Assembly: GCF_020745735.1 (NCBI RefSeq)
Contig: NC_083418.1
Location: forward strand, 49,555,776 to 49,619,775
Length of the DNA: 64,000 nt
Origin: Hemiscyllium ocellatum
Lineage: Eukaryota
Direction: 5' to 3'
The position numbers and the translations under genes are program-made. Shown here one piece after another: positions 13,116 through 25,770 of this stretch. Under the pieces are notes generated by a model. It ran no database searches. It saw only the letters and a list, made by a program, of their open reading frames with translations, and was not told the origin of the DNA. The number at the start of each line of letters is the position of its first letter. Within the stretch, counting starts at the first letter, position 1.

Positions 13116-15590
13116 ACAGTCATAGTAATAGAGATGTACAGCATGAAAACAGACCATTCGGTCCAACCCGTCCATGCTGACCAGATATCCCAACCCAATC
13201 TAGTCCCACCTGCCAGTACCCGACCCATATCCCTCCAAACCCTTCCTATTCATAAACCCTTCCAAATGCCTCTTAAATGTTGCAATTGTACCAGCCTCCA
13301 CCACATCCTCTGGCAGCTCATTCCATACACGTACCACCCTCTGCGTGAAAAAAGTTGCCCCTTAGGTCTCTTTTATATCTTTCCCATCTCACCCTAAACC
13401 TATGCCCTCTAGTTCTGGACTCTCCAACCCCAGGGAAAAGACCTTGCCTATTTATCGTATCCATGCCCCTTATAATTTTGTAAACCTCTATAAGGTCACC
13501 CCTCAGCTTCCAATGTTCCAGGGAAAACAGCCCCAGCCTGTTCAGCCTCTCCCTATAGCTCAGATCCTCCAACCCTCGCAACATCCTTGTAACTCTATTC
13601 TGAACCCTTTCAAGTTTCACAACATCTTTCCGATAGGAAGGAGACCAGAATTGCACACAATATTCTAACAGTGGCCTAACCAATGTCCTGTACAGCTGCA
13701 ACATGACCTCCAAACTCCTGTACTCAATACTCTGACCCAATAAAGGAAAGCATACCAAACGCCTTCTTCACTATCCTATCTACCTGTGACTCCACGTTCA
13801 AGAAACTATGAACCTGCACTCCAAGATCTCTTTGTTCAGCAACACTCCCTAGGACCTTACCATTAAGTGTATAAGTCCTGCTAAGATTTGTTTTCCCAAA
13901 ATGCAGCACCTCGCGTTTATCTGAATTAAACTCCATCTGTCACTTCTCAGCCCATTGGCCCATCTGGTCAAGATCCTGTTGTAATCTGAGGTAACTCTCT
14001 TCGTTGTCCACTATACCTCCAATTTTGGTGTCATCTGCAAACTTACTAACTGTACCCCTTATGCTCGCATCCAAATCATTTATGGAAATGACAAAAAGTA
14101 GAGGACCCAGCACCGATCCTTGTGGCACTCCACTGGTCACAGGCCTCCAGTCTGAAAAACAACCCTCCACCACTACCCTCTGTCTTCTATCTTCGAGCCA
14201 GTTCTGTTTCCAAATGGCTAGTTCTAATTCCATGAGATTTAACCTTGCTAATAAGTCTCCCATGGGGAACCCTGTCAAACGCCTTACTGAAGTCCATATA
14301 GATCACATCTACTACTTTGCCCTCATCAATCTTCTTTGTTACTTCATCAAAAAACTCAATCAAGTTTGTGAGACATGATTTCCAACGCACAAAGCCATGT
14401 TGACTATCCCGAATCAGTCCTTGCCTTTCCAAATACTTGTACATTCTGTCCCTCAGGATTCCCTCCAACAACTTGCCCACCACCGAGGTCAAGCTCACTG
14501 GTCTATAGTTCCCTGGCTTGTTCTTATCACCTTTCTTAAGCAGTGGCACCACATTTGCCAACCTCCAGTCTTCCGGCACTTCACCTGTGACTATCGATGA
14601 TACAAATATCTCAGCAAGAGGGCCAGCAATCACTTCTCTAGCTTCCCATAGAGTTCTCGGGTACACCTGATCAGGTCCTGGGGATTTATCCACTTTTAAC
14701 CATTTCAAGACATCCAGCACTTCCTCCTCTGTAATCTGGACATTTTGAAAGATGTCATCATCTATTTCCCTACAGTCTATATCTTCCATATCCTTTTCCA
14801 CAGTAAATACTGATGCAAAATATTCATTTAGTATCTCCCCCATTTTCTGTGGCTCCACATAAAGGCCGCCTTGCTGATCTTTGAGGGGCCCTATTCTCTC
14901 CATAGTTACCCTTTTGTCCTTAATATATTTGTAAAACCCCTTTGTCCTTAATTCTGTTTGCCAAAGCTATCTCATGCCCCAGTTTTGCCCTCCTGATTTC
15001 CCTCTTAAGTAGACTCCTACTTTCTTTACACTCTTCAAAGGATTCAATCGTTCTATCCTGTCTATACCTTATATATGCTTCTTTCTTTTTCTTAACCAAA
15101 CCTTTAATTTCTTTAGTCATCCAGCATTGCCTATACCCACCAGCCTTTCCTTTCACCCTAACAGGAATATATTTCTTTGGATTCTCATTATCTCATTTCT
15201 GAAGGCTTCCCATTTCCACTTGCGAACAACTGCCCCCAATCAACTTTTGAAAGTTCTTGCCTAATACCGTCAAAATTGGCTTTTCTCCAATTTAGAACTT
15301 CAACTTTTAGATCTGGTCGATTCTTTTCCATCATTATTTTAAATCTAATTGAATTATGGTTGCTGGCCCCAAAGTGCTCCACCACTGACACCTCAGTCAC
15401 CTGCCCTGCCTTATTTCCCAACAGTAAGTCAAGTTTTGTACTAGAGTAGGTAGATCCACATGCTGAATCAGAAAATTGTCTTGTGCACACTTAAGAAATT
15501 CCTCTCCACCTAAACCCTTATCACTATGGCAGTCCCAGTCGATGTTTGGAAAGTTAAAATCCCCTACCATAAACACCCTATTTTCTTACA
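13116..15590 (-). mobile_element. CR1 LINE, about 2.5 kb, EN C-terminus plus RT, frameshifted
   Basis: ORFs 14187-14903 ([24 protein letters not shown]), 13940-14278 ([15 protein letters not shown]) and 15188-15490 (LDLLLGN...HFGASNHN). Confidence 0.95.
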
Positions 15591-15719
15591 AGTTTGTTTC
15601 TCAATTTCTCTCTGACTGTTAGGGGGTCTACAATCCCAATAAAGTTATCATCCCTTTCTTATTTCTCAGTTGTGGAAAGAAATAGAAGTAACAGCATAAT
15701 TTACTCTTTGCAATAGGGT

Positions 15720-16330
15720 CTTGTTTGATGGATGAAGACCTGGCAGGAGCCCACATCAGCTCCATTAGTGAAGGCCTTCCAATTTTCAATGCATATTAGA
15801 CTCATCAAGGGCCAGCAGTCGTCCATTGCCAACTGCACCACTTAGTTATCAGTGACGTACTTGTCTGAAGATCAACAATGGACCTAAGGCCAAATGTTTG
15901 CGAAGGTGGGATGGGGGTATCACAGGAGAGTGAGTGTGAATTTGGTCTAGTGGGTCCCATGCCTTCTGATGCCGGGTCCCTTGACCAGGCACTGAGCGCC
16001 TTTGAAGAAGTCTTTTGAAACTTAGATGATGTGAAAGGCAGATCTAAAGGCTAAGTCTTGCATCCACTGCACTTGCATGGAAAGGTATCCCATGGAAATT
16101 GGAAGTGGAGAAGTTGAGTTTACAAATATTTACAGAGTGGACCAGGGCGTTGCAGAGTGAATGATACTTTAAGAATATTGAAGATGGCAAGGGAAGATGT
16201 GTTTGGCAGTGGCATTATGCTGACAGAGGCAGAATTGTAGAGGATGATCTTGACCACACTTCTCACCTCCAGCTTCCTGAAAGGACTCCATTGTATTCTT
16301 CCAATTTCTCTGTCAGGCCTATTTCAATAA
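15720..16330 (-). mobile_element. Possible old RTE-clade LINE remnant
   Basis: Only fragmentary minus-strand peptides (KLNF; LSFKDF...DPAS across frameshifts) resembling RTE RT C-termini. Confidence 0.35.
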
Positions 16331-16671
16331 TGTAACCTGCCAGATGAGCATTTCTAGTTATGGCATCCTTTTTGTCAACCAAAGAGTCAACCCCCATGTG
16401 ATTGGCAGGGTGCTCCAATATGTCCAATCCATTTTATGCACTTCTCCTCTCACTCTTTCCCTGCTTTCCACAACTATTGTAGGGTCCTGTAATCCTTACC
16501 TTCCCACTCCACCAATGTTCACATTTCAACTGATCATCCCGCAGGTCAAAACAAATGAAAATAACAAAAGAAGCAAAGAACTGAAGCACTGCTAGGTTCT
16601 TAGAGCAAGAATTAGTCAAATGTTTGTAATGATATGTTAACAATTTACATGTCTCATTCTCTTTTACATAG

Positions 16672-16986
16672 TCCAACCGAAGGTCAGCATGTCTGTGCAA
16701 GAAATTCGTACTGCAAATGGTACAGAACACTTTTTGCAATGTGATGTTAAGGAATTTTATCCTAAGCCAATCAAAGTTAGTTGGTTCAAATTATCAGATG
16801 GAAAAATGGAATATGTTTCAACAAGCCAGTCCACTGAGGATATAGTTACGAACAGTGATGGAACATTCAGTGTTTCCACTAAAATAAAAACTGAACCAAC
16901 GTGGGATGAACAAACTGACTACAGATGTGCAGTGGAACATAAAACCATTTTTGATAATTTTACACTGGACGCTGACAGTGTTGCAG
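16672..16986 (+). CDS. NCR3LG1: Exon 3, Ig C1-set domain
   Basis: cttttacatAG acceptor and GCA G|GTAAGT donor; 315 nt. Contains CDVKEFYPKPIKVSW, NSDGTFSVS and YRCAVEH C1-set motifs; N-glycosylation sequons NGT and NFT. Confidence 0.92.
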
Positions 16987-17074
16987 GTAAGTCCTAGTGA
17001 GAGTACAGAGTTTGCTTATAATTTGTAATTTTATAACCTTGTAATATTTAGTTGTTTATATGGCCTTTCCAGTT

Positions 17075-17405
17075 TTTTTATTCACTCATGGAATGTGGGC
17101 ATTACTGGCTTGGCCAGCATCCATTGCCCATCTCTAATTGCCCTGAGAGTAGATAAGAGCCAACACATCACTGTTGGTCTGGAATCAAATGTAGGATAGG
17201 CTGGGTAAGGTTGGCAGATTTCCTCCTGTAGTGGACATAAGTGAACTAGAGGAATTTTTTTACAAAATTGGCATTGGTTCCATGGTTGCTATTTGGCGAT
17301 TTTGGATTCCAGATTTTTATTAATTTCAAATTTCACCAGGATTTGAAACCTCAACATTAGTCTGAGGATCTGCAGTGAAATTAGCACTTTGTTACTGCCT
17401 TCCCC
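17075..17405 (-). mobile_element. tRNA-derived SINE (SacSINE1/DeuSINE-like), old
   Basis: Homologous to 6765-7085 (ggtctgga.tca.atg...ggacat.agt.aac.aga.g). Confidence 0.45.
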
Positions 17406-18082
17406 TAAATTTGTATTTCTATCTTTTTATTTGCCATGCCCAGCTGTTCAACATATTAGCATCACCCCAATACAGGCCGCTATTCTTTGCGAAGCAGGTG
17501 ACATCCACATGCCACAGCTTGTCATGCTAAAGTCAAAATAGAGTGTGTCAAACACAAACATGCAGCTCCATTGTATGAACTTTGGTCTCTGCACTGTAAC
17601 TGATCATTGAGCATGGTGGGGTGTGGTTGGAATTTGATATGCATTGTTGCTGCTCTTGAGTTCTTTGGAAAGTTTGATTTTGAAAATGTAAATTTTTGTT
17701 GTTGGGGTTACTGAAGAATTTTTATTCAGGACAAAGCAAGTCCTTGACTCATTTTCCAGTGTGGGCTCTTCCAGCCAAGAGTAGACTCTAAGGTACATAT
17801 CCAAAAGCCAGATGCCTGTTTTAGGTATCTGCCTGATGACCAAAAAGCACTAATTAATTTAGCATAACACTAAATGCACACAAGATTGGTTTCAAGCAAT
17901 GCACTATGTTGAGCAGATATCACACGTTTACATAAATTGTTTCAGTTCAGCCATATTTTCTTGAAAATAAATTGATCTGATCAGCAGAACAGAACAATTA
18001 AGCTTGTAATGAAATATGCAAATGCTACAATTTGACTGGTGTCAGGTTTTGAAAGAGTTCCGTGTGTTCTTTCCTTTAACAG

Positions 18083-18193
18083 ATAAAATATCAGCAGAGT
18101 ACCAAATTATTGGAGGCATCGTTGGCTCTATTATGTGTGCAATAGGTTTAGGACTTTGTGTGGGACTTCTTATCTGGTACAAAAAATCGAAAG
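18083..18193 (+). CDS. NCR3LG1: Exon 4, transmembrane segment plus basic stop-transfer (DKISAEYQIIGGIVGSIMCAIGLGLCVGLLIWYKKSK)
   Basis: ttcctttaacAG acceptor and AAA G|GTAAAG donor; 111 nt, phase 1-1; hydrophobic stretch followed by KKSK. Confidence 0.9.
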
Positions 18194-18877
18194 GTAAAGT
18201 ATTTTTTGCATTCATAGAGATGAGCTATGTACTCTCAGGTGAGAGCTATTTAGTTATTAGATCTTTGCATGGCAACTTTTGTAAAAATGTTGAGTATTTG
18301 TCATAATGTGAAAAGGGAATTATTTCTTGGCAAGTAGTTACAATGTATGGGTAGCTTTATTGTTCTGACAGTGGTTTTGAATAACATTGGTCAGTCCCAT
18401 TATCATCATTATTGGTTTCACTGCAAGACTGTTTCATTACAAGTTACAGAGTCATTCATTATACCTAGTCCATGAGGAGGAATCCAGTTAGTCCCATTCA
18501 TCTGCTATATCCTTGCAGGTTTATTTCCCTGTACACATTGGATTACTTTTTAAAATCATTGGTTACCTCCACTTCCAACGGGCTGCCAAGGGTAAGTTCC
18601 AAGGCAGTGCCATTCAATTCACTAAATAATTCTTATCATTGTCGTCCCTGTATCTCCAAATGAAACAATAAATCTATGTTATCTAGTCCTTATACAATCA
18701 GCTTTTCTTTATTATGCCTTAACAATTCATCATTGCTGTTTTACTTTTTTACTCAATACCTATAGTTATGACCTAAGCAGGAGAGGCACCTCTTTCCTTG
18801 CAGGGAGGCTTACTGGTGCCACTTGGGAGAGTTTAAAGAAATGTGGCGGGAGGGTGCGAAGCAGTCAGTCAACCTTG

Positions 18878-19250
18878 AGTCATAGAAATGTACAGCATGG
18901 AAACAGGCCCTTCAGTCCAACTCATCCATGCCGACCAGATATCCTAACATAATCTAGTCTTAGTTGCCAGCACCCGGCCCATATCCCTCAACACCCTTCC
19001 TATTCCTGTACTTATCCAGATGCCTTTTAAATGTTGTAAACATGCCAGCCTCCACCACTTCCTCTGGCAGCTCATTCCATACCCGCACAATCCTCTGCGT
19101 AAAAAAGTTGCCCCTTAGATCCCTTTTAAATCTTTTCCCTCACACCCTAAACCTATGCTCTCTAGTTCTGGACTACCCCACCCCATTGAAAAGACCTTGT
19201 CTATTTACCCTATCCATGCCTCTCATGATTCTATAAACCTCTATAACGTT
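18878..19250 (-). mobile_element. CR1 3' fragment
   Basis: gagtcatagaaatgtacagcatggaaac 3' end. Confidence 0.8.
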
Positions 19251-19699
19251 GGGTCAAATGTCCTTTTTTTGTGCAGAAAGTTCTACATTAGTATGTGATT
19301 TAACAAAGAAGTGGTTGATTCAAAGCTTCAGCGATGTTCTGCATAAATTGATTTCCCTCCAATTAGCTTAATAGAATCGTAGAATGCTACAGCAGATTTG
19401 GAGGTCATTCTAGTGTTCAGGTCTATGGCAGTGCTTTCAAACAGCAATCCAGTTAGTCTCACCACAGAGCTATTTCTCCATACCCCTGACATTTATGTTC
19501 CAATTCAATTCCCTTCAGAAAGCCAGGATTGAAGCCATACCAACCAGCCTCTAAGGTGGTCCACTCCAAACCCTAACTATTCATTATGGGGGAAAAAATG
19601 GTTCCTAATGTCATCTCTGGCCTATCACTTTACATTGGTACCCTTTGTTAATCAACCAAAGACAATTTGTCTGTATTCACTCTATCTCACACCTTCAAT

Positions 19700-20070
19700 A
19701 TTGGCCCATATCCCCCTAAACTCTTCCTATTCATATACCCATCCAGATGTCTTTTAAATCTTGTATTTGTACCAGCCTCCACCACTTCCTCTGGCAGCTC
19801 ATCCTATACATGTACCACCTTCTGCGTGAAAAAGTTGCCCCTTGGGTTTCTTTTATATCTTTCCCCTCTCACCCTCTCTAGTTCTGGACTCCCCATCTCA
19901 GGAAAAAATACTTTGTCTTTTTGTCCTATCCATGCCCTTCATGATTTTATAAACTTCTATAAGATCAGCCTTCAGCCTCTGACTGTCCAGGGAAAACAGC
20001 CCCATCCTATTCAACCTCTACCTACATCTCAAATCCTCCAACCTTGGCAACATCCTTGTAAATCTTTTCC
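19700..20070 (-). mobile_element. CR1 3' fragment
   Basis: Same 3'-end sequence family as 1839 and 13116. Confidence 0.75.
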
Positions 20071-20079
20071 GAATCCGTG

Positions 20080-23000
20080 TGGTGTGTTTGAGGAAAAGAC
20101 CACTATTAAGTCAAGTAGTCCAACAGGAAGAGCAAGCTGGGCCAGGATAATGAACAGAGTGGGACTAGTGGTCTGAAGTGTATTTATATTAATGCAAGGA
20201 GTATAACAGGTAAGGCAAATGAGTTTAAAGCCTGGATTAGAACATGGGACTATGATGTGGTAGCCATTACAGAAACTTGGTTGAGAGAAGGGCATGACCG
20301 CCAGCTCCATGTTCCAGTGTTTAGATATTTCAGGTGAGAATAAAGAGGAATGTGAAAGGTATCGGGGGAGTTCTGTCACTGATTATGGAGAATGTCAGCT
20401 GGACTAAGACAGGATGTCTTGGAGGGCTCATCGGGCAAGGCCATTTGGGTAGAACTCAGGAATAAGAAAAGTGCAGTCACTATGATGGAGTTATGCCATC
20501 AATTTCCAAATAGCCAGTGGAAGGTCGTGGAACAGATATGTAAGCAGATCATTGAATGATGTAAGAGCAACAAAGGGTTGTAGTGGATGATTTTAACGTC
20601 CCCAATATTGACTGGCAATCTCTTAGTGCCAGAGGTTTAGATGGGACAGGAATTTGTTCGGTGCATCCATGTGGATTTCTTGAAACAATATATAGATAAT
20701 CCAACTAGGGAAGGGACTGTACTAGACCTTGTATTGGGGAATGAGACTGGCCAGACAATCAGAGTTTAAATGAGGAGCATTTTGGGAATGACAATCATAA
20801 TTCTATAAGTTTTAAAGATAATTATGGATAAGGATAAGACTGGTCCTCAGGTGAAAGTGCTAATTTGGGATAAGGCTGATTATAACAATATTAGGCAGGC
20901 AGTAGAGAAATTAGATTGGGGGGTGGCTGTTTGAAGGTAAATCCACATTTGATGTTTAGGATAAAGGCCAGTTGATTAGAGTTCAATTCACCGCCGCTCC
21001 CTCACCACCAGACGCCTGGAGGAAGAACGCCTCATCTTCTGCCTCAGAATACTTCAACCCCAGGGCATCAATGTGGATTTCAACAGTTTCCCCATTTCCC
21101 CTTCCCCCATCTCACCCTAGTTCCAAACTTCTAGCTCAACGCTGTCCCCATGACTTGTCCGGATTTGTCCTACCTGCCTATCTCCTTTTCCACCTATCCA
21201 CTCCACCCTCTCCTCCCTGACCTATCACCTTCATCCCCTCCCCCACTCACCCATTGTACTCTATGCTACTTTCTCCCCACCCTCACCCTCCCCTAGCTTA
21301 TCTCTCCACGCTTCAGGCTCACTCCCTTTATTCATGATGAAGGGCTTTTGCCCGAAACATCGATTTTGCTGCACTTTGGATGCTGCCTGAACTGCTGTGC
21401 TCTTCCAGCACCACTATTCCAGAATTCAGGACGGATATGTTCTTGTGAGGTTGAAAAATAAGGATGACTAGCTTCAGAAACATTAGATGACAACAGATAT
21501 TGAAAGGTTCATCAAAAAAATGAGGCATAGGAAGGTTTAGGAAGCTGAAATCAAACATAGCTCTTGAGGAATAGAAAGGAAACAGGAAAAAACATAAAAA
21601 AGAAATGAGGAGGGTTAGAGGTGCCATGAAGTGTCTTTGGCAAGTTAGTTTAAGGAGAATCCCTAGGCATTTTATATGTATATTAGGAGCAAGCGGGTAA
21701 TGAGGGAAAGGGGTGATCTGCTCTCGGACAAAGGAAGAAAATTATGTGTAGAGACAGAGGCAGTAGTTGAGTATATTGCATTGTTATTCACCAAGAAGAT
21801 GAACATGGATAATGGTGAGATTGGAGACGGGGTTTGGTGATACTCTGGGCATGTTGATATTAAGGACGAGGCAATGTTGGAAAAACATGAAAGTAGGTAA
21901 GTTCTCAGGGCCTGATGGGAGCTATCCCAGAACACTGAAGGAGGCAAGGAAGGAAATTGCTGGAGTCTTGACAAGGATATTTGTGTCCTCTTTAGCCACA
22001 GGTGAGGTCCCAGATCACAGAACAAAAGCCAGTGTTGTTCCTTTCTTGAAGAATGCCAACAGGGATAATCCAGGAAATTATAGGCCAGTAAACTTTACAT
22101 TAGGGATTGGAAAATTATTGGAAAAAAATCTTAGGAGCAGGATTTACTTGCATTTGGAGAAGAATGAACTTTCTAGGGATAGCCAGCATGTTTTAATGCA
22201 GGGAGATTTTGTCTCATAAATTTTAGAGATTTTTGAGGAAGTAACAAAAATTGTTGATGAGGGAAGTGCAGAGAATGTTATCTACATGCATTTTACCAAA
22301 ACATTTGACAATGTTCCTCATGGTAGGTTGATCCAGAAGGTTAGTTGTATGACATCCATGGCGAGTTTATAATTTGGATACAAAATTGTATAGCTATGGC
22401 AAGGTAATTTTCTCTTGGAGGTCTGTGATCAGTGGTGTTCTGTAAATATCAGTACATGGACCTCTATTGTTTGTAATATATCTAAACTATTTGGATGAAA
22501 ATGTAAGTGATAGGTGTGCAGACGACAGTTGTGAATAGTAAGGAAAATTGTCAAAGGATACAGAAAGATATAGATCATAGAGTCATAGAGACATACATCA
22601 GAGAAACAGACCTTTCAGTCCATCTTGTCCATGCCGACCAGATATCCGAAATAGATCTGGTCCCATTTGTCAGTAAACTAAGAGGGTAAATGTTTAAAGG
22701 ACAGTTGGGTAAGTGGGCATATCAATGGCAAATGCTGTATAATGTGAGGTTATTCACTTTGGAAGCAATATCAAGAAGGCAGAGTTGGGAAAGGGGAGTG
22801 TGCAGCGGGACCTGGGTGTCCTTGTGCACCAGTTGCTAAAGATGAGAATGCAGATCGTAGAGAAGGCAAATGGTATGTTGGCCTTCTTTGCGAGAGGTTT
22901 CGAGTAGAGGAATGGGGATGTGTTATTGCTGTTATTACAGGGCCTTGATGAGACCACACCTAGAATATTGTATGCAGTTTTGGTATCCTTTGCTGAGGGA

Positions 23001-23290
23001 GGATGCTGTTGCTCTGAAGGGATTACAGCAAAGGTTTACCAGGCTGATTCTGGGGATTGCAGGACTGACGTATGAGAATAGAATGACCAGGTTAGGATTG
23101 TTTTCGCTGGAGTGATGAGCCTGTGGAATTCATTACCACAGGAAGTAGTTGATGCCAAAACATTGAATGTATTCAGTAGCCAACTAGATATAATACTTGG
23201 AGTGAATGGGATCAAAGGTTAAGGGAAGAAAGCAGGATTAGGCTATTAAGTTGGATGATCAGCCATGACCATGATGAATGGTGAATCATG
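20080..23290 (+). mobile_element. Decayed CR1 ORF2 (EN + RT), sense orientation, with nested inserts
   Basis: LKCIYINARSI...DVVAITETWL at about 20170; GNYRPV at about 22080; RPHLEYCMQFW at about 22960. Confidence 0.85.
20965..21430 (+). mobile_element. Penelope-like element 3' fragment (GIY-YIG C-terminus plus terminal repeat)
   Basis: Encodes RLEEERLIF...QPRGINVDFNSF-like peptide; terminal atgatgaagggcttttgcccgaaacatcg motif. Confidence 0.7.
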
Positions 23291-23870
23291 AAAAGTTGTG
23301 GTCCCAACACTAACCCCTGAGGAACTCCACTTGTCACTGGCTTCTATCCTAAAAAAGACCTCTTTATCCCAACTCTCTGTCTCCTACCAGTCAACCAATC
23401 CTCTATTTATGCCAGTAACCCTAGCCCCTAGCCCTGTAGGCTCTTATTTTATTTAGCAGCCTCCTGTGCTGCACCTTGTCAAAGGCCTTAAAGAAATCTA
23501 AATGGATCACATCCACTGGCTCTCCTTTGCCTAACTTACTCATTACCTCCTCAAAGAATTCTAACATCTTTGTCAGGCATGACCTCCCTTTGACGAAGCA
23601 TGTGCTGACTAAGCCATATTATTACTGTGCACTTCTATGTACTCCGCAATGTCATCCTTATTAATGGACTCGCAAATCTTATCAATGACAGAGGTCAGGC
23701 TGACCAGTCTATAATCTCCTGCCTTCTGCCTCCCTACTCTTTAACAGGGGTGTTATATTAGTCATTTTCCAGTCCTCTAGGGCCTCCTCTGACTGCAGTG
23801 ATTCCTGAAAGATCACCAGCGATGCCTCTACAATCGTCTCAACTATCTCCTTCAGAACTCTAGGGTGTAT
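23290..23870 (-). mobile_element. CR1 RT fragment
   Basis: Minus strand reads EPVDVIHLDFFKAFDKVQHRRL. Confidence 0.75.
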
Positions 23871-25770
23871 TGCTTCATTTCGCTTTTAGCTTCTGGTTAT
23901 TTGCCATTCTCTTTTGGCATCCTTTTTATTCCCTAAAACTAATACCTTATCAATTTCCTAATTTTTTACTCCTCCAGTTTCTTTGTTGAATACAAGACAA
24001 CCATTTCCCCAATTTTAATTGTCTGTGAGAGTTACCATAGACAAGAACTCCCTTCTTGTATTCCTGATACTGTTCAGTGATCTAAATAAATCTTGAGAGT
24101 TACTGGATTGCTATTTTGGAATTCTCTCATGAATTTCATCAGGTTCTCAAAGTCTTTCTCTAACTTCAGTGATTAAAATCACTGATCTTGCAACATTTCA
24201 TTTTTGAATTCAGTTTCTTCCTTAAATTCTTAAATTTTAATGGATAGACTTCAGGCACAAGCCAGTAAACATTGACAGTTCCACCTTTAACACCTTCATA
24301 ACCTGTCGACTGCTGTGTTTATTCATAGCTGTATTCTCAGGAAACCCTGTAACATTAAGGTCCAATTAGCTTTTGGCCACTTCATCTTCACAGCTACCCT
24401 TTCATACAGGATGATGTCTCTTTCAAGACCAAAGTTAGAAATCACACAACACCAGCTTATAGTCCAACAGGTTTAATTGGAAGTACTAGCTTTCGGAGCG
24501 CTGCTCTGTCATCAGATGGTTGATAAAGGAGCAGCGCTCCAAAAGTTAGTGCTTCCAATTAAACCTGTTGGACTATAACCTGGTGTTGTGTGATTTTTTA
24601 ACTTTGTCCACTCAGTCCAACATCGGCATCTCCAAATGTTTCAAGACCATTCTCTGTAAATTCAGGCACTAATTGAGTCAAATGACTCATTGAAATCAAA
24701 ATAATCCTCTGAGTGACAACCAAATCTTTCTTCCTTTATCTTCAACATTTCTTTGGCCAAGTCATGTCAGTTGGTTTCTTTTTCACTTTGGAGTTCAAGC
24801 TGTTGTAATTCAAATTCCATTTCTCTTTGTTTTTTGGCAGTACTTGCTGTCATTGGCAACTGCACCTAACTATGCGTGTGTGCTCATTCAGGAACGCATC
24901 GTTCCAACTTCTTACATCATCATGTAGACTTTAGGTATGATATGAACAATAAATGCAGTTCCATGTGTGCACAAGGATGCATGCAAAATTTTGAACAGGG
25001 GCTCTTTAGTGCTAGAGGGGCCTCCAAAGTGAGAAGGGAATTAGCATAGAATCAGCTTGAGGGCAGTGGACAACAAGGAGAGCCCAGGATCTGGGAGAGA
25101 GTAGTACAAGAGTGGCCCAAGTGCTGGGAGGCCATATCCTTCACTGTTTCCCTTCAGTGCACTCTCTGAATTTGCGTACGTACGATTTAAAGTGTGTATG
25201 CATCAGTGTCAGCAAATGTGGCTTTGTTTTTTACTTCTCTCCATTTCAAGATTTTCAACTTCCATTTCTCTTTCAATGCTCATTTCCTCTGTATTTCTTC
25301 CATTGTAAATTTTTATTTCGCTTTTCTGTCTCTCTTCCTCTCTCTCAAAGCTTCTCATTTCTCCACATCTCTCCAAATCAAGCTTTTTTCCATTTCTATC
25401 TGAATTATAGTTGATTCTGGTGGTGAAATCTCAGTTGGAATTGGTGGATAATCCCTCTAAGCATCTCATTATTTGAATTTCCTCTTTTAATTTCAAACCT
25501 CAAATTATGTTCTAACTCTTTCAGTGCAGTCTTAGTTAACAATCCAAGAATCCACTGTGATACTTTCTACTTCCAGAAAAAAAATCATAGCAGCAGCCAA
25601 AGCCATTTTCAAATTACAATCTGTGTAATAAATTTCACAGCAACTTCGATTTTATGACCAGTATCTCCATTTACTTGTCTCTTTAAAAATTCACAAATCC
25701 CTGTTAAGTTTCACAGATTTCTATCCTGCTAAGACTTCCCACTTCGTTATGATCCCAGCTGTTGTTAATA
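23870..25770 (-). mobile_element. Decayed Gypsy (Gmr1-like) gag with SCAN-like region
   Basis: Minus-strand peptides MALAAAMIFFLEVESIT (ATG 25606), an E/K-rich stretch, YERVAVKMKWPKANWTLMLQ and YEGVK...WLVPEVY; multiple stops. Confidence 0.65.
24432..24638. mobile_element. Penelope-derived fold-back element with 11-bp TSD
   Basis: tttcaagacca at 24421-24431 and 24639-24649; inverted arms; ctgatga...gaaagcta core on the minus strand. Confidence 0.8.

Noticed and set aside
18519-18591. Cryptic exon with good acceptor (cttgcAG) and donor (GTAAGT) just after the TM exon
   Set aside because: It is 73 nt, not frame-preserving, and gives TAA after 11 codons in phase 1. It could be a poison exon, but nothing supports it without RNA data.
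23870-25770. Gypsy gag as source of the tail, by analogy with the Gag-derived tail of human B7-H6
   Set aside because: The remnant is antisense and riddled with stops, and the tail modules show no visible similarity to it.
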